Source of the DNA: Octopus vulgaris
Lineage: Eukaryota
Length of the DNA stretch: 64,000 nt
Assembly: GCA_951406725.2 (NCBI GenBank)
Contig: OX597822.1
Span: 73,470,001-73,534,000 of the forward strand
Reading direction: 5' to 3'
Part shown: positions 1 to 13,992 of the stretch, one piece after another
Layout of the letters: the number at the start of each line of letters is the position of its first letter
How positions within the stretch are numbered: the first letter of the stretch is position 1
The notes under the pieces: generated by a model
The model's database searches: none
Seen by the model: only the letters and a program-made list of their open reading frames with translations
Told to the model about the DNA's origin: nothing
Translations under genes and position numbers: made by a program

Positions 1-186
1 GTATGATTTAAGGGGAATTTGGTTGTCCTTTTTAGAAAATGAAACAACCACGTAGAAACTCACTCGTAGGCTGAAGCCGTTGTTTTTGTTCTTGTTACTT
101 TTGTTAATATGGTGCGTAGTAAATGAAGTTACTAATTTAATCTTCGTTTTCTGATATTTTGCAATTTTTCAGATGAGCGCCGTAAA

Positions 187-1065
187 ATGTATGTACTATT
201 GATCACCGTACTTACGATCGGTCTGGTAAGCTCCACCTTGGTGGAAAATGAACTGCTGCAACACCAACCCAACAAGACGTCTATGAAGGAAGAGCACCTG
301 AACGTATCGAGCAACAACCTGGAGGTCAACAGACGTATTAGAAAACAACGGTCGACGAAACATGCTAAGATATCTAAATCGTTATGGGGAAGTATTTTGT
401 ATCGAAATAAATTTATCTTCGACAGAGAATTCAACTATCCGAACGTTCTTTCGGGAAAGCTGAAACCGAACGGGCACAACTGGTTTACCATCCTTCCAAC
501 TCCTGTGCTGACGCATACAGTGTCTCTCCGCACGATTGTTGGTTTGTATATAACTACTTTGGGACACAAAAGAATCAATAAGGTTATGTCTGAAGCTGTA
601 AGGTTCCGTAAGGACAGTGAAACATTTACTAAATCCCATTGGGCTGAATCTCACCTCCTGTATTATATTACGTTCTTGAAAGAAGGGATTTGTACGTTTG
701 GTATAGTCAGCTTAAACAACGATATTTATGAAAACGACTCGTCTTATACTCATTTTCTCCTGGTTACCAATGATTACCTCTTGACTTCTGCGTACCTCTA
801 CAAGCACGCTGTGTCCAAATACAAACAGATCTATAGCAAAATATCCTTCCCCAGTGTGCTAAACATCATGAAACGGTGTCTTAGCAACCTGCCTTCTGCC
901 AGACAATGCAAGAACAACAAAAGTGACATTCTCACCAAATATAAATGTTTACCATATTGCAAACGGGACAATTCATGTCATAAAAAAACTGAATCTTTTC
1001 CAAAACTAATGACCCATGTTTTATATTTCTTTATTTCAGAATTCTCTGCCTATCAGATGGAATAG
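187..1065 (+). CDS. Orphan secreted prepro-protein (signal peptide, RKQR furin-type site, Cys-rich C-terminus), 292 aa
   Basis: Non-repetitive 292-aa ORF in AT-rich DNA; hydrophobic N-terminus MYVLLITVLTIGLVSS; RIRKQR/S at residues ~50-56; splice acceptor (ctaat...tttttcAG, AG at 171-172) just upstream; AAAATG start context. No family recognised. Confidence 0.75.
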   Translation: MYVLLITVLTIGLVSSTLVENELLQHQPNKTSMKEEHLNVSSNNLEVNRRIRKQRSTKHAKISKSLWGSILYRNKFIFDREFNYPNVLSGKLKPNGHNWFTILPTPVLTHTVSLRTIVGLYITTLGHKRINKVMSEAVRFRKDSETFTKSHWAESHLLYYITFLKEGICTFGIVSLNNDIYENDSSYTHFLLVTNDYLLTSAYLYKHAVSKYKQIYSKISFPSVLNIMKRCLSNLPSARQCKNNKSDILTKYKCLPYCKRDNSCHKKTESFPKLMTHVLYFFISEFSAYQME

Positions 1066-2414
1066 ATGCTTTCAACAGCGAACGATTTCGTCTCTTCAAA
1101 TAGTAGACAGAGATAAAAGGCTGGGTTGGGTGGATATGATATTACGAATCGAAATTATCTAAATTTATAAACTTCAGTTCTTACCAATTCTAGACATACC
1201 ACTTCATTCTTTTTTTGTCAAGATCAAAGAATAATATAAATTTATATTCCTATATTTGTTCATTATTTTCAAAAGTAACCATAAAACAATTTGAAGAGTA
1301 ATAACCGTTTCTAATTTAGACACAAAGCCAGAAATGTTAAAGTGAAGAAAGTTAATCGATTACATTGATCAGTACTAGACTGGTACTTTATTTTATGGAC
1401 TCCCAGGGAGTAAAAGGAAATGCTGACCACGGTAAGATTTGAACACAGAACATAATGAGCCAATTAAATATCCCAAGGAAATTTTTTTGATGACGCTCTG
1501 ACGATTCTGTCAGCTTTCAACCTTCATGAAAGTTAATAACAACAAGAGCGAAATTTGAAATGTCGATGTGTTGATCTGAACGTATATAGAATAGTTTGTT
1601 CGAACGGGTGAGATGATGATCTAGCTGGGATGTTATCTAAAGTAACTTGCTCCCAAGTACCACGGTAAGACATAAAAAAAACCTGTTTGTATCCTCATAC
1701 ATCTGCAAGTTTGTCACGATTTCTCAATTAAAATTTCACCCAGATCATTCGACTATTGATTTCTAATCACCAAAGTGGATGATAATGTTAGCAGCAGTAT
1801 TATGCTGAGATACGTCTGTTCAAATTCTAAAATAATTCATAAAAACTATTCTAACTCTGGTAACCAAACCGTACAGCCGTAAGGTTCATTCCGTAAGAAA
1901 AAAACTTTAGTTTTAACATGGCTTGGATTCAATAATTTTCTAATGAAACTCTTTGGAGGACAACTTTATTCGTAGTTTCCACCTTTCTCTTCTTGGACTT
2001 TACTGATTAATGCCTATTTGTAATTTACTCCGCTTACAAAGTTATCTGATCTTAGTACAAGTATTTAGTGTAAAGCAGATAAAATGATAACAGCAACGAC
2101 TTCGACAACTGTGACGACAACAAACGACAACGATGACTGAACGACGAGGAGGAAGACGAAAGACTATGATCGTCACGATGACGTTGATAACCAGAATAAC
2201 GATCTTCCATCTTTTGTTTTTTTTATCTTTTACTTGTTTCAGTCATTAGACTGCGGCCATGTTGGGGCACCGCCTTAAGGGGTTTTATTCGAATGAATCG
2301 ACCCCAGGACTTAATATTTTTTTTTAAAACATAGTACTTAGACTATCGTCTCTTTCTTGCCGGACCGCTAAGTTACGGGAATAACACAAGACACACGCCT
2401 ACACACACATACTT

Positions 2415-2416
<2 letters not shown>

Positions 2417-2461
<45 letters not shown>

Positions 2462-2468
2462 TATACAA

Positions 2469-2499
<31 letters not shown>

Positions 2500-2515
2500 T
2501 ATACAAATATATGTG

Positions 2516-2565
<50 letters not shown>

Positions 2566-2578
2566 CAAATATATATAT

Positions 2579-2628
<50 letters not shown>

Positions 2629-3069
2629 TTATTTATTTACACACACACAGTGATACCTCGCGGCACGAGTTTGATTCGTTCCATGACCGAACTCGTCTTA
2701 CTATTTACTCGTTTCACAAATCAATTTTTCCCCATTGAAATTGACTAAAATATAATTCATCCGTTCCAGCCCCACCAAAACCACTCATAAAAAAAATTTT
2801 AGGGGTTTTAGAATAGAAAAGGCGTAGTTACAAGTAAAATGACAATTATAAAAAAGAGAATGCGAAAGAAATATGTAAACTGGTTTTATTAAAAACCAGT
2901 TTACAATGGTTCACTCGCACTGCGAAGTACTACTGTACATATATACATATATATATATATATATATATGTATGAGTGTATGTATGTATGTATGTATGTAT
3001 GTATGTATGTATGTATGTATGTATGTATGCATGTATGTATGTATGTATGTATGTGTATGTGTATGTATG

Positions 3070-3108
<39 letters not shown>

Positions 3109-3190
3109 CGGATGTCATATATGCGAAGTACTATTGTATATATATATTTATATATATATATATGTATATATATATATGTATGTATGTATA

Positions 3191-3262
<72 letters not shown>

Positions 3263-3270
3263 TAGATATT
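2417..3270. repeat. Representative microsatellite block: (TA)n, (TATG)n, (GATA)n. Similar (TAA)n, (TAG)n, (GAA)n, (CA)n, (GAAA)n blocks occur throughout
   Basis: Directly visible. Confidence 0.97.
2648..2936. mobile_element. pogo/Tigger-like MITE
   Basis: Left end CAGTGATACCTCGCGGCACGAG and imperfect inverted right end CTCGCACTGCGAAGTACTACTG followed by TA. Confidence 0.6.
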
Positions 3271-3514
3271 TATGACGGATGTCTTTCACTTTCTATCTGC
3301 CCCAGACCCACTCACAAGGCTTTGGTCAGCCATGGTGGAAGACACTTGCCCAAATTGCCGCACATTTGAATAGAAATGGGAACCATGTGATGAGGAGGCA
3401 CACGCCTTACCACACAGTCGCCCCTGCCTCTATAAGGATGTCTTTTTGTCTTGATTTTTTTTCTTCAATAATTAGGAAGACTAAAATGGATAATAAACGG
3501 ATAAAATGAATATA

Positions 3515-3576
<62 letters not shown>

Positions 3577-3660
3577 TATATAGCGATACATACTTAGGCA
3601 AGCATTTATGTATGCGTGTATATCTGTAGATTAGAAGGTAAGTTTTGTTTGTGGGTTTAT

Positions 3661-4078
3661 TCTCTTTTACTTGTTTCAGTCATTTGACTGCGGCCATGCT
3701 GGAGCACCGCCTTTAGTCGAGCAAATCGACCCCAGGACGTATTCTTTGTAAGCCTAGTACTTATTCTATCGGACTCTTTTGCCGAACCGCTAAGTTACGG
3801 GGACGTAAACACACCAGCATCGGTTGTCAAGTGATGTTGGAGGGGGAGACAAACACAGACACAAACACACACGCGCACACACATATATACATATATATAC
3901 ATATACATATATACGACGGACTTCTTTCAGTTTCCGTCTACCAAATCCACTCACAAGGCTTTGGTCGACCCGGAGCTATAGTAGAAGGCACTTGCCCAAG
4001 GTGCCACGCAGTGGGACTGAACCCGGAACCATGTGGTTGGCAAGCTAGCTACTTACCACACAGCCACTCCTGCGCCTA
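3661..4078 (-). mobile_element. tRNA-derived SINE family A, near full-length (central domain resembles Deu/Nin-type SINEs)
   Basis: Pol III A/B-box head (GTGGCTGTGTGGTAAG...GGTTCAGTCCC), core GCCTTGTGAGTGGATTTGGTAGACGGAAACTGAAAGAAG, internal (TA)n/(CA)n, tail GGCGGTGCTCCAGCATGGCCGCAGTC. Further copies near 2225-3432, 6010-6348, 20070-21290, 21775-22245, 27855-28100, 28870-30270, 37530-37740, 55628-55800, 61050-61240. Confidence 0.85.
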
Positions 4079-4890
4079 TATGCGAAAAATATTTTCAATA
4101 CCAAACAGAAATTTGAAATCATCTCTTTAAATCGTGAAAGAATAATTATGTACTTAAATATCAGTCTATCCTGAAATCTATATTATCTTCCGGTTACTAA
4201 CTTCTCAAATAATAATAATAATAATAACCATAATCCTTTCTATTATAGGCAAAAGGCCTGAAATTTGGGGGAGGGGGATAGCTGATTACTTCGACTCCAG
4301 TACTCAACTGGTACATAATTTATCGACCCCGAAAAGATAAAAGGTAAAGTCGATCTCGGCGGAATTTGAACTCAGATCGTAGTGACGGGCTAAATACCGC
4401 TAAGCATTTCGCCCGGTGTGCTAACAATTCTGCCAGCTCATGCTCTAGTAATGATAAAAATAATTATGATTTCAATTTTTGCCATAAGGGCAGCTTGGGG
4501 GAAGTGGGAATGAGCCGATTACATCGGCCCCAGTGTTCAACTGGTACTTACTTTATCGACCTCGAAAGGATGAAAGGTTAAGTCGACCGCGGAAGAACTT
4601 GAACCGAGAACGGAAAAATGGACGAAATGCTACTAAACATTTCGCCCGGCATGCTAAATATTCTGCCAGATCACCGCCTTTTGTCACAAGGGCAGCAATT
4701 TGGCGGGGTGGGGATTCTGAGTCGATTACATCGTCCCCCACTCTTCAACTGGTACTTATTTTACAGACCCCGAAAGGATGAAAGTCAAAATCGACTTCGG
4801 TGGAATTTGAACCCAGAAAGTAACGACGGGCGAAATACCGCTAAGCATTACGTCCAGCATGCTAACGATTCTCCCAGCTCGCCGCCCCTT

Positions 4891-4945
<55 letters not shown>

Positions 4946-4964
4946 TAATAATAATAATAATAAC

Positions 4965-5490
4965 TCATGGCTTCTGATCTTAACTGGTTGGAGATGTTAT
5001 CATGTACATTGTTTTGTCTTGGTATAAAAGATGTGCTACAGCAAATATTCTGCTCAGTACCACAGATTCCCTTGTCTGTTGTTTGACCTTAACCAGTTGA
5101 CCATGTCCCTTGGTGGCTGATGATATGTGCATCTCTGATCACAAGCAGAAGTAGTGGGGGAGCATCATAGCCATGTGTTGAAAGGAATTCTTAGAGGTTT
5201 GGCTACTTCACCTTTGGAAACATGGGTGGTTCGTTCAACATCCTTAAACAATCCTTATTCAGGGACCTTTTGAGCGGGATGGGCCACTCGACCAGAAGAA
5301 AATTCTATCTGGACCCCACCTGCAATGTTATGTGCTGTTTATCTTGATATGGGATCACCATATCGCGCACATATGGTTGTGATGCATGTGCCTGGTGTAC
5401 CCTTATCAGACGGGTAGTCATGATGAGTATACTGGGCTTCGTATGTTTTACCCCAGTGTCACTTTGATGGCATGCATTGCTCTCTCATTC
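4965..5490 (+). mobile_element. Abundant 5'-truncated retroposon 3' region ending in (TAA)n
   Basis: Highly similar inverted copy at 44250-44765 and a short 3' piece at 13067-13155; all share the same end abutting (TAA)n. Confidence 0.7.
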
Positions 5491-5518
5491 AATAATAATA
5501 ATAATAATAATATTAGTT

Positions 5519-5563
<45 letters not shown>

Positions 5564-5900
5564 TGGCATCTCAATGCGCTTACAATAACAGTGTTTGTAA
5601 GAGCACTAGGAATGATCAAACTGAAAATTATCTGAGCATGATCCTTGGCTTGCCATCCCTGCCAGAAATACAAAAACTTTACGTCACACGTATTGAGTGC
5701 ATCATTGTGGTTGTAAGAACGATAATCTTCAATGTTTTTATTATTATTATTATTATTCATAAGTTTATTTGATTTTGTAAATAAATAATCTGGTGTGTTT
5801 ATTTTAGTGACTTATTAATGTATACAGTGAATTTCTTTACCCTGGGTGTCGCGAAGACACTCGGCAATAAACAGAAACAAAACTGAAGGAAGTAAAACTC

Positions 5901-5976
<76 letters not shown>

Positions 5977-6355
5977 TAATAATAATAACAATAATAATAA
6001 TAATAATAATCTCTTTTACTCTTTTACTTGCTTCAGTCATTTGACTGGGGCCATGCTGGAGCACCGCCTTTAGTAGAGCAAATCGACCCCATGACTTATT
6101 CCTTGTAAGCCTAGTACTTATTCTATCGGACTCTTTTGCTGAACCGCTAAATTACGGGGACGTAAACACACCAGCATCGGTTGTCAAGCGATGGTGGTGG
6201 GGACAAACTCAGTCACACAGACATATACACACACAAATACATATATATACATATATACGACGGGCTTCTTTCAGTTTCCATCTACCAAATCCACTCACAT
6301 GGCTTTGGTCGGCCCGAGGTTATAGTAGAAGACACTTGCCCGAGGTGCAAAGGCA

Positions 6356-6430
<75 letters not shown>

Positions 6431-6431
6431 T

Positions 6432-6725
6432 TCACCAAGTACTCCGAAAGTGGAAATGGCAAGACTCTATGGAATGCAACAGGGTAATATGAAAGTGATA
6501 CCAGTGGTGATCGGAGCGTTGGACTCAATCCCATTCAAACTTCAAGACTTCTTAAGGCAACTGGAAATCCCATGCAAGGTCGATGTCTTGCAAAAAGCAG
6601 CCTTATTGGGCACAACGCACATCTTAAGGAAAGTATTATCTGTCTGAGGTCCTTGTTGTGACTTGACAGATGACTAAAGACTCCAGAGCATTTTTAACTA
6701 CACTGTGTTACGGGAGGATAATACC
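6432..6725 (+). mobile_element. R4/Dong non-LTR retrotransposon 3' end (RLE C-terminus) inside (TAA)n
   Basis: VIPVVIGALDSIP...LQKAALLGTTHILRKVLSV*; (TAA)n on both sides. Confidence 0.85.
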
Positions 6726-6737
6726 AGTAATAATAAT

Positions 6738-6800
<63 letters not shown>

Positions 6801-6805
<5 letters not shown>

Positions 6806-7158
6806 GAGCACTCATGGAGCGCAAGCCTCCATCAAGGCAACACCAACGTTCTCTCAACGATTAGCCAGAGATGATTTTTAAAATGAGAATATCTGAAATA
6901 AACTCGACTGCTCTCAAAAACGAGAATACTAAAAATGAACCTGACCGGTCTCAAAAGACAGGAACAATAATCCAGAAACCTTGTCCGGTACGGGATCGAT
7001 CCCAAATTCTAATCAGTCCGTGCCAGTCACGAGGCCGAACATCTTTGATATTTTCATCTGAATCCATCTAGCGGTTCTTGAGATATCTTGTCCACGGACA
7101 AACAAACAAACAAACAAACGCGACTGAAAACAATACTTCTGCCCTCGCTAAGGCGGAC

Positions 7159-7161
<3 letters not shown>
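6801..7161 (-). mobile_element. Helentron-associated interspersed element (HINE/DINE-1-like)
   Basis: Minus strand starts TCCGCCTTAGCGAGGGC, has (GTTT)n and ends GCCTTGATGGAGGCTTGCGCTCCATGAGTGCTCTTGTT (subterminal IR plus 3' hairpin); partial copy at 8670-8720. Confidence 0.7.
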
Positions 7162-7232
<71 letters not shown>

Positions 7233-8716
7233 TCAATCCACAAACATCTTAACTAGACCGACGGGACCGTACACTTTTGATGAATTAAGAGTTTAAGTTC
7301 AAAGAGATTATTTAATTTGATCATGAAGTAGACACTACTGTATACTGAAGCGATCCAGCCTCTTAAAATGTCTGTTTGTTCCTTCTCAAGCCATGTATGG
7401 CTCATTAAGCCGGTTTCCTTGGTGTATAGGTTCCCTACCTGGACGGGACGCTTGTCCGTCGCAGGTGAGCTGCAAGATGCAGGAGGAAAGAGTGAGAGAA
7501 TGTTGTGGCGAAAGAGGCAGCAGAAGTTCGCCATTACCTTCTGCCGGGGCCGCGTGGAGCTTAGGTGTTTTCTCTCATAAGCACACACATCGTCCGGTCT
7601 GAGATTCGAACCCGCGATCCCTCGACCGCGAATCCGCTGCTCTAACCACTAGGCCATGTGCCACTATCTTAAAATATATAGCCTCTTAAAATTTGCGGCA
7701 TTAAACACAACCAGCAAGTAACGAAGGCCGACCCCTTCTAAGGCTTTGGATTAATCCAAGTCTGTTGGTTTCAAACTTTGGCACAAGACCAACAAATTCG
7801 GCGGAGGTGTAAGACGATTACATCGACACCCTTCCTTCCCACCACCACCCTCCATTTATCAACTGCTAATTACTTTATAGACCCCGAAAAGATGTGAAGC
7901 AAAGTCGACCTCGGCAGAAATCGAACTCAGAATGTAAAGATGGACGAAATGCTGTTAAGTATTTTGCTCGGCGTGCTAACAGTTCTGCCAGCTCGCTGCC
8001 TTTATTAATTCAAGTATATTGATATCAGGTAATTATTTGGATATTAGATACTATAATTTTTTATTGATATCAGGTATTATAAATTGATACTAGATAAATA
8101 ACCCACCCTTTCTATTAGTCTATCGCAAGGGGTGGAGATTGTTGTTGATAGATCTGCCGGGAATTGCACATGTTTGTACACCAAACATCACACTATCGAA
8201 GTTTTTTTTTTCTCGCCATAGGACCCAAAGCGTTGAGGCTAGTTCAAAATGCAAAAGAATATGCATGAAAAAAAAAACTAAAACAAAATGGCAAACTTAC
8301 ATGGAGTAAAAGTGTGAAATTAACAATAACAATAAAGCCACATTAATAAATAGATAACAATAATTAGAATAACAAGCGCAGTGAGCTGGCAAAATCGTTA
8401 CCGCACCGGACAAAATGTTTAGCTGCAGTTTGTCCGTCTTCACGTTCTGAGTTCAAATTTCGCCGAGGTCGACTTTGCGTTTCATCTTTTCAGAGTCGAT
8501 AAAATCGATAACAGTTGAGCACTAGGGTCGACGTAATCGATTTACTCGCTCCCTCGAAATCACTGGCCTTGTGCCAAAATTTGAAATCAATAATTTCAAT
8601 AATAGCATGAGAACAATAAAACTACAACAATAAAGGAAACTTAAAATGTTGATGAAGACATAAGTTATAACAAACAAACACGACTGAAAATAATACCACT
8701 GCCTTCGCTAAGCGGA

Positions 8717-8755
<39 letters not shown>

Positions 8756-8869
8756 TCAACCCACAAACATCTTAACTAGACCGACGGTCTGCGATCCACA
8801 ACACTTACCAGCATGGACATACCACTTCAGGTGATGAGTTGCAAACCAGTTGATTAGCTCCCGCTAACG

Positions 8870-10610
8870 AGTGCTTTTCCTGATTACCTTAATACGCCAA
8901 GGATAAGTGTCTCCTTCCAAATCCTACCACTAACGTACAGCCGTGTAGTTAGTGAAGGATCTTTGGGAAGCACCAATTTCGTCACTCTCACCCAACCTTC
9001 ATAAAACAGCTGCGTCTCCCTCTCCACACCTGTCCTTATTTTTCAAGTAGTACTCGAAAAACATCGGAGAAGGTTTGGCCTGCTAAATATTTCAGACTCT
9101 TCGACCACACAATTTCCTCTATCATAGCCACTACATAGAAGAAGACTAACCCTTCTTCTTTGTCAAAGGAAGACGCAGTGAGTTTATCTTCGGGATAAAG
9201 TTAATTGATAAACAGATCCATTCTGCACAATTATGGCAGTTGTTTGACATAATCCCACGGATCAGCCATGTAAAGCAATGGATGAGTACGTGCCAGGCAG
9301 AATCATCCGCGAATTTCGGATAATTGGAGTTGTCTTACCAACCTACGTCCTCTCAGATAATGCAAGAAAAACAAAAGTTTCAACTTCACAAGATATAACT
9401 GTTTATCATACACTAATTGTTCATAATTCCCATATGAAGCTTCTCGGGAAAAGACAACTCACGTTCTCCTCGTTGACGATCAGAATCGCTCCAAGGATCT
9501 CGTTCATGCCTTCGATTCACTCTCTGTACTTTCTATTGACCGGACCGCAGTGTCTAGTATGTAGAGTACAGTGATTGCCTGGCAACATGGCAGGGTCCAA
9601 ATATCTAACCATGTCTGATATTGCACTCGATCAAAGAGACGAGCTGCAGAAAGACATATTGCCAAACGGTACTCACATTCGTTCGCCATCGTCGTCGTCC
9701 AGGAATCTCTGAAGATGGAGCAGCCGTAGTTCGCATCTGCGCATCATCAGCCACAACACTCTAAGAATCCCTCTGGAGTGGTTATTAGCAACAATTGGGT
9801 CGTGTGGTCAGAGGAATCTGTTCTTCAGGAAAGGAAAGATCATAAATCCAATCTTGTTCAGTGTTTCCTGGACTAAAGCAAAACAAGCAAAATACATCAC
9901 GAAGCGATATCGACAGAAACCATTTGTATCTTACCTTTCAGAGACAGTTTATGAGTGAGTTTATCCACCCTGCTCACAGTCCATTTATGAGTGAGTTTAT
10001 CCACCCTGCTCACAACCACCTCTTTCCAGTTTTTCTCTACCTGATTAGAGATCCTCTCAGAACGTTCACTGAAACGGCAGCAGTCACCATCCCCAATGGA
10101 GTCGCATCAACCAGAATTCAAGTTACAAACCAGCACATTAATGCGTGCTTTTTCCTTTGCCTCTTGATGCTCTTCTAGTATGAGCCGACCATATCGGTTC
10201 CTAATGTAATCGACGGTATGATGGTAACGTAGTCCGCGTATGCAGACACGGCACTTTAGTGTCCCAGTTCGAGCAGGATGCATTTTGATGTCTCCAGTCA
10301 CTACAACAAGGCCTCGAAAGTCAAAACATATAGAAGAGACGGGAAGGGGTATCCTTGCTGGACCGAATGCATTTGGTTCTGATGGGTGATTACAGAGTTT
10401 GGTAACTAAGAAGATGCTGCTGTAGGTTGAGACAATCATACCTCTGAAAGCAGAACTGAAATCAACTGTACCTAAGGGATACTCCTGGTAGAGATGATTG
10501 ACCCTACCTATCTTTTATACTGATTTAAATTGATCAGAGCGAGATATGATGTCAACATGCTCTATAATAAATCGAATAAGATGAAGATTGTTGCGTCTTT
10601 GACTATATTC
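8870..10610 (-). mobile_element. L1/Tx1-clade LINE ORF2 (RT to C-terminus), heavily decayed
   Basis: Minus strand NLHLIRFIIE, VQQGYPFPSLLYVLTFEALL (QG motif), AVSAYADYVTII (YADD-like, ~10220-10250), and C-terminal WHVLIHC...FDKEEGLVFFYVVAMIEEIVW. Confidence 0.8.
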
Positions 10611-11424
10611 ACCTCAAAACCACAAAGTGATGGAAAATAAGAAGATTGATAAAATTGACCCTTTTACTTCTCTGGTACGAAACCAATAAAAGGCAAAGAC
10701 GATTTCAGAGGAATTTAAATTCAGAATGATAAAAATAACTGCAGCAAAAATGAAAAAGAACAACAAAATTTAATGCTTTTCATAAGGTCGGTTTGACGAG
10801 AGAATCAACGCTGTACTGTGTGGTTACCATAACAAACTACTTCTGGAAGACATGGCAAGCGCCAGTTTCATGCAAATGTTACACGCAAACCTTGAACTTT
10901 TTGAAGATGTTGAAGATGTCGTGATGCTGAGATAAGAAAATGCTTACAGATAAGGAGGTAAGGACAAAGATCACCAAATCTTTATATTAGACATATGTTG
11001 TTATTATTACTATTGTTGTTGTTATTGTTGTGGTTGCTTCTGTTGCTTCAGTCACGACCATTACGTCCTCTCGAGGAACCTCCAATTTTCAAAGCGGTAA
11101 GGATATAATTTGAAGGTGGTTTGGCAACTACTTGAAGCGGATCAAATTACCGAATAGAGACTCTGTCGTTGGTTCAAAAAATAAAAACGATACTTTTCGA
11201 GTATCCAGTTATGGATGCTGCCTGCCCTGCAAACAAATAAAGGACATTGTTTAAAGATCTCTCGAACAAGAACTGTCAGAAATACTTTCCACATGTGAAA
11301 GTATTTAGAATATAGCTTACCTTGAACGTTTCCATATTATTTGACAAAATTTCAAACATTTATCCTCGTTTATCACAGAGGTTTGGTTCAAAAAGAATAA
11401 CACAGTGATAAATGAATTTCCAAG

Positions 11425-11605
11425 CACATTGTGAATGGGACGAATGGTTCATTGACACCAGACTCGCGGCCCACAACAGTGAAACATCTACTGTCGTGTA
11501 TTTTCTTGATCTTATCAACCTTTTCCTCGAGAGAATACACTCATCTTTCTCATTTGTTAGGATCAGGCGCTTTCGTATTTTTTCTTTTCCCTGGTCGCAT
11601 TTTGA
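11425..11605 (-). mobile_element. pogo/Tigger transposase N-terminal (CENP-B/psq HTH) remnant
   Basis: MRPGKRK...VYSLEEKVDKIKK...VVGRESGVNE with internal stops. Confidence 0.55.
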
Positions 11606-12910
11606 TAGCTACGAAAAAGTAAAACTGTAAATAAAGTACGCAGCCTCGTAGTTCGGTAATGCAAGCACAAGAACTTGTCAGTGCATTCTGGAAAGTTGAG
11701 TACCGTGGGTAGTCGCTGGTGAGCGACCTTGTGATACAAGAAGAATATTCGATCGATCGCCGATCCGCGTTATCACAGACCAATCCGTGATAAGCGTAAC
11801 ATGGTTCACAATTGAGCGTACTGCATTATCTTGAATCAGTGATGAATGAATCAGTGATAAATGAGGCTATATGCAATACAAAAAACAATATGACCACAAG
11901 TCTAATCTACTGAGATATTTTCTTTTCTTGAAAATATCTAAATCAAATCCAACTCTTTATTACATAAATGTGTATTTCATATTTAGATTATCAATTATTA
12001 TCATCTTCCGGTGTTACACGGCGGCTTTTTTCTTTCTGGCGTGAATCTCCGATTCCAACCATTTCCGTATGAAACTATTGTCCTTCGAGGCGCCGGGAAT
12101 GTTTCTTTTTCTTTTTCTTTTTTCTTTTTTTTTTACCTAATACGAGCATCAAACATCTACTGTGTGTTCTATATTTTTCTATTAGCAAATCTTACTTCCG
12201 GAGGGGTGGGGTATCTTTTCTAAACTTACCGTGTCTCTGTATGATAAAAAAAAAATTTATGAACAGAATTTATGCCTCTCTAAGCCGCTAAACGACTAAC
12301 AAAGCATTTTTGTAAAGTATATATAAGTGCAGCCGAGATCTTTTTATCTACATATATCTTGTCCGTTTTCTTTTCCGTCTTAAAAAAATGTTTTCGAGTA
12401 AAAATTGGGATACGTCTTCGAGGTTGAAGCGTCCTCATCGTATGGAAATATGAGCTACGGCAGGCCTCTAAGCAAGAGCGAAAAACTCTACAACCGTTGA
12501 CGATGTTAAGTTCCAAACAAACGTTCGGCCTTATCTCCCTTGATTGCTTAGCCTGGAAATAACCTTAACTAATTCTTAATAGTTTTTACTAGTTACAGTA
12601 ACAAGATTGTGCTTATTTCTGATGCTGAAATTTTAGAAATAATCAAAACCACATTTGTTTTCTTAACTTGGATCTATAATAATTAATTGGGTTGTTTTTG
12701 TGTGGTTGCTCGGTCACCTAGAAATAGCAACCATTTTTTTTTTCAAACGCACGTAATGAAATATTCTGAAAAGAAAGGACGTGTTCTCTCGTATATATTA
12801 TATCTAGGGAAAAGGTTAAATGATAACAAGGCATATTCAACAGAGGCTGGCAAAGGCAAAACAATCCAACACTTATAGAGTGGCCTCGGTTCAGGCTAAA
12901 GAATTTCAGC

Positions 12911-13065
<155 letters not shown>

Positions 13066-13183
13066 CAGACGGTTAATCGTAATGGGTATACTGGGCTTCG
13101 TTTATTTTACACCGCTGTCACTTTTTTTGGCATACACTGTTCTCCCACTCAATAATGATAATAATTAGAATAATAATAGTAGT

Positions 13184-13356
<173 letters not shown>

Positions 13357-13840
13357 TAATAATAATAGTTTCAAATTTTGGTACTAGGCCAGGAGATTTA
13401 CGGGAATAGTTAAGTCTATTATATTTACCCCAGTACTCAACTGGTACTTATTTTATCGACCCCAAAAAGATGAAAGGCAAATGCGACCTCTGTGGCATTT
13501 GAACTTAGAACGTAAAGACGGACGAAATGCCAATAAGCATTTTGCTCGGCGTGCTAACGATTCTGCCAGCAAAACGTCAAGAATTTTAGACGGAGTGGGG
13601 TTAGCTAATTATATCCCTCTAGTACTTGACGAGTAATCTACCTCAATTTCTGTTTTTATATAATGATGCCATATTTTTTTATTCAGTCGACTCCTGTACA
13701 TATGTAAAACATACTGTTTGGACAAGAATTAAAGCCATGAGTCTGAGTGGACGTTTTGAAATCAGAACGTAATAAGATGCAACTAAATAGTGCAAAGTAT
13801 TCGATCTGGTGTTCAACACTGTTTTAACCACTTCACCGGC

Positions 13841-13923
<83 letters not shown>

Positions 13924-13927
13924 TAAC

Positions 13928-13992
<65 letters not shown>

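Noticed and set aside
1021-1039. Acceptor-like tttctttatttcAG inside the end of the first ORF, implying an intron
   Set aside because: No convincing upstream donor found; the ORF reads through to a stop, although an alternative 3' structure cannot be excluded
12005-12470. ETS-like CTTCCGG motifs as a promoter
   Set aside because: No associated gene start; the region also has degenerate pogo-type TIR-like sequence; evidence insufficient
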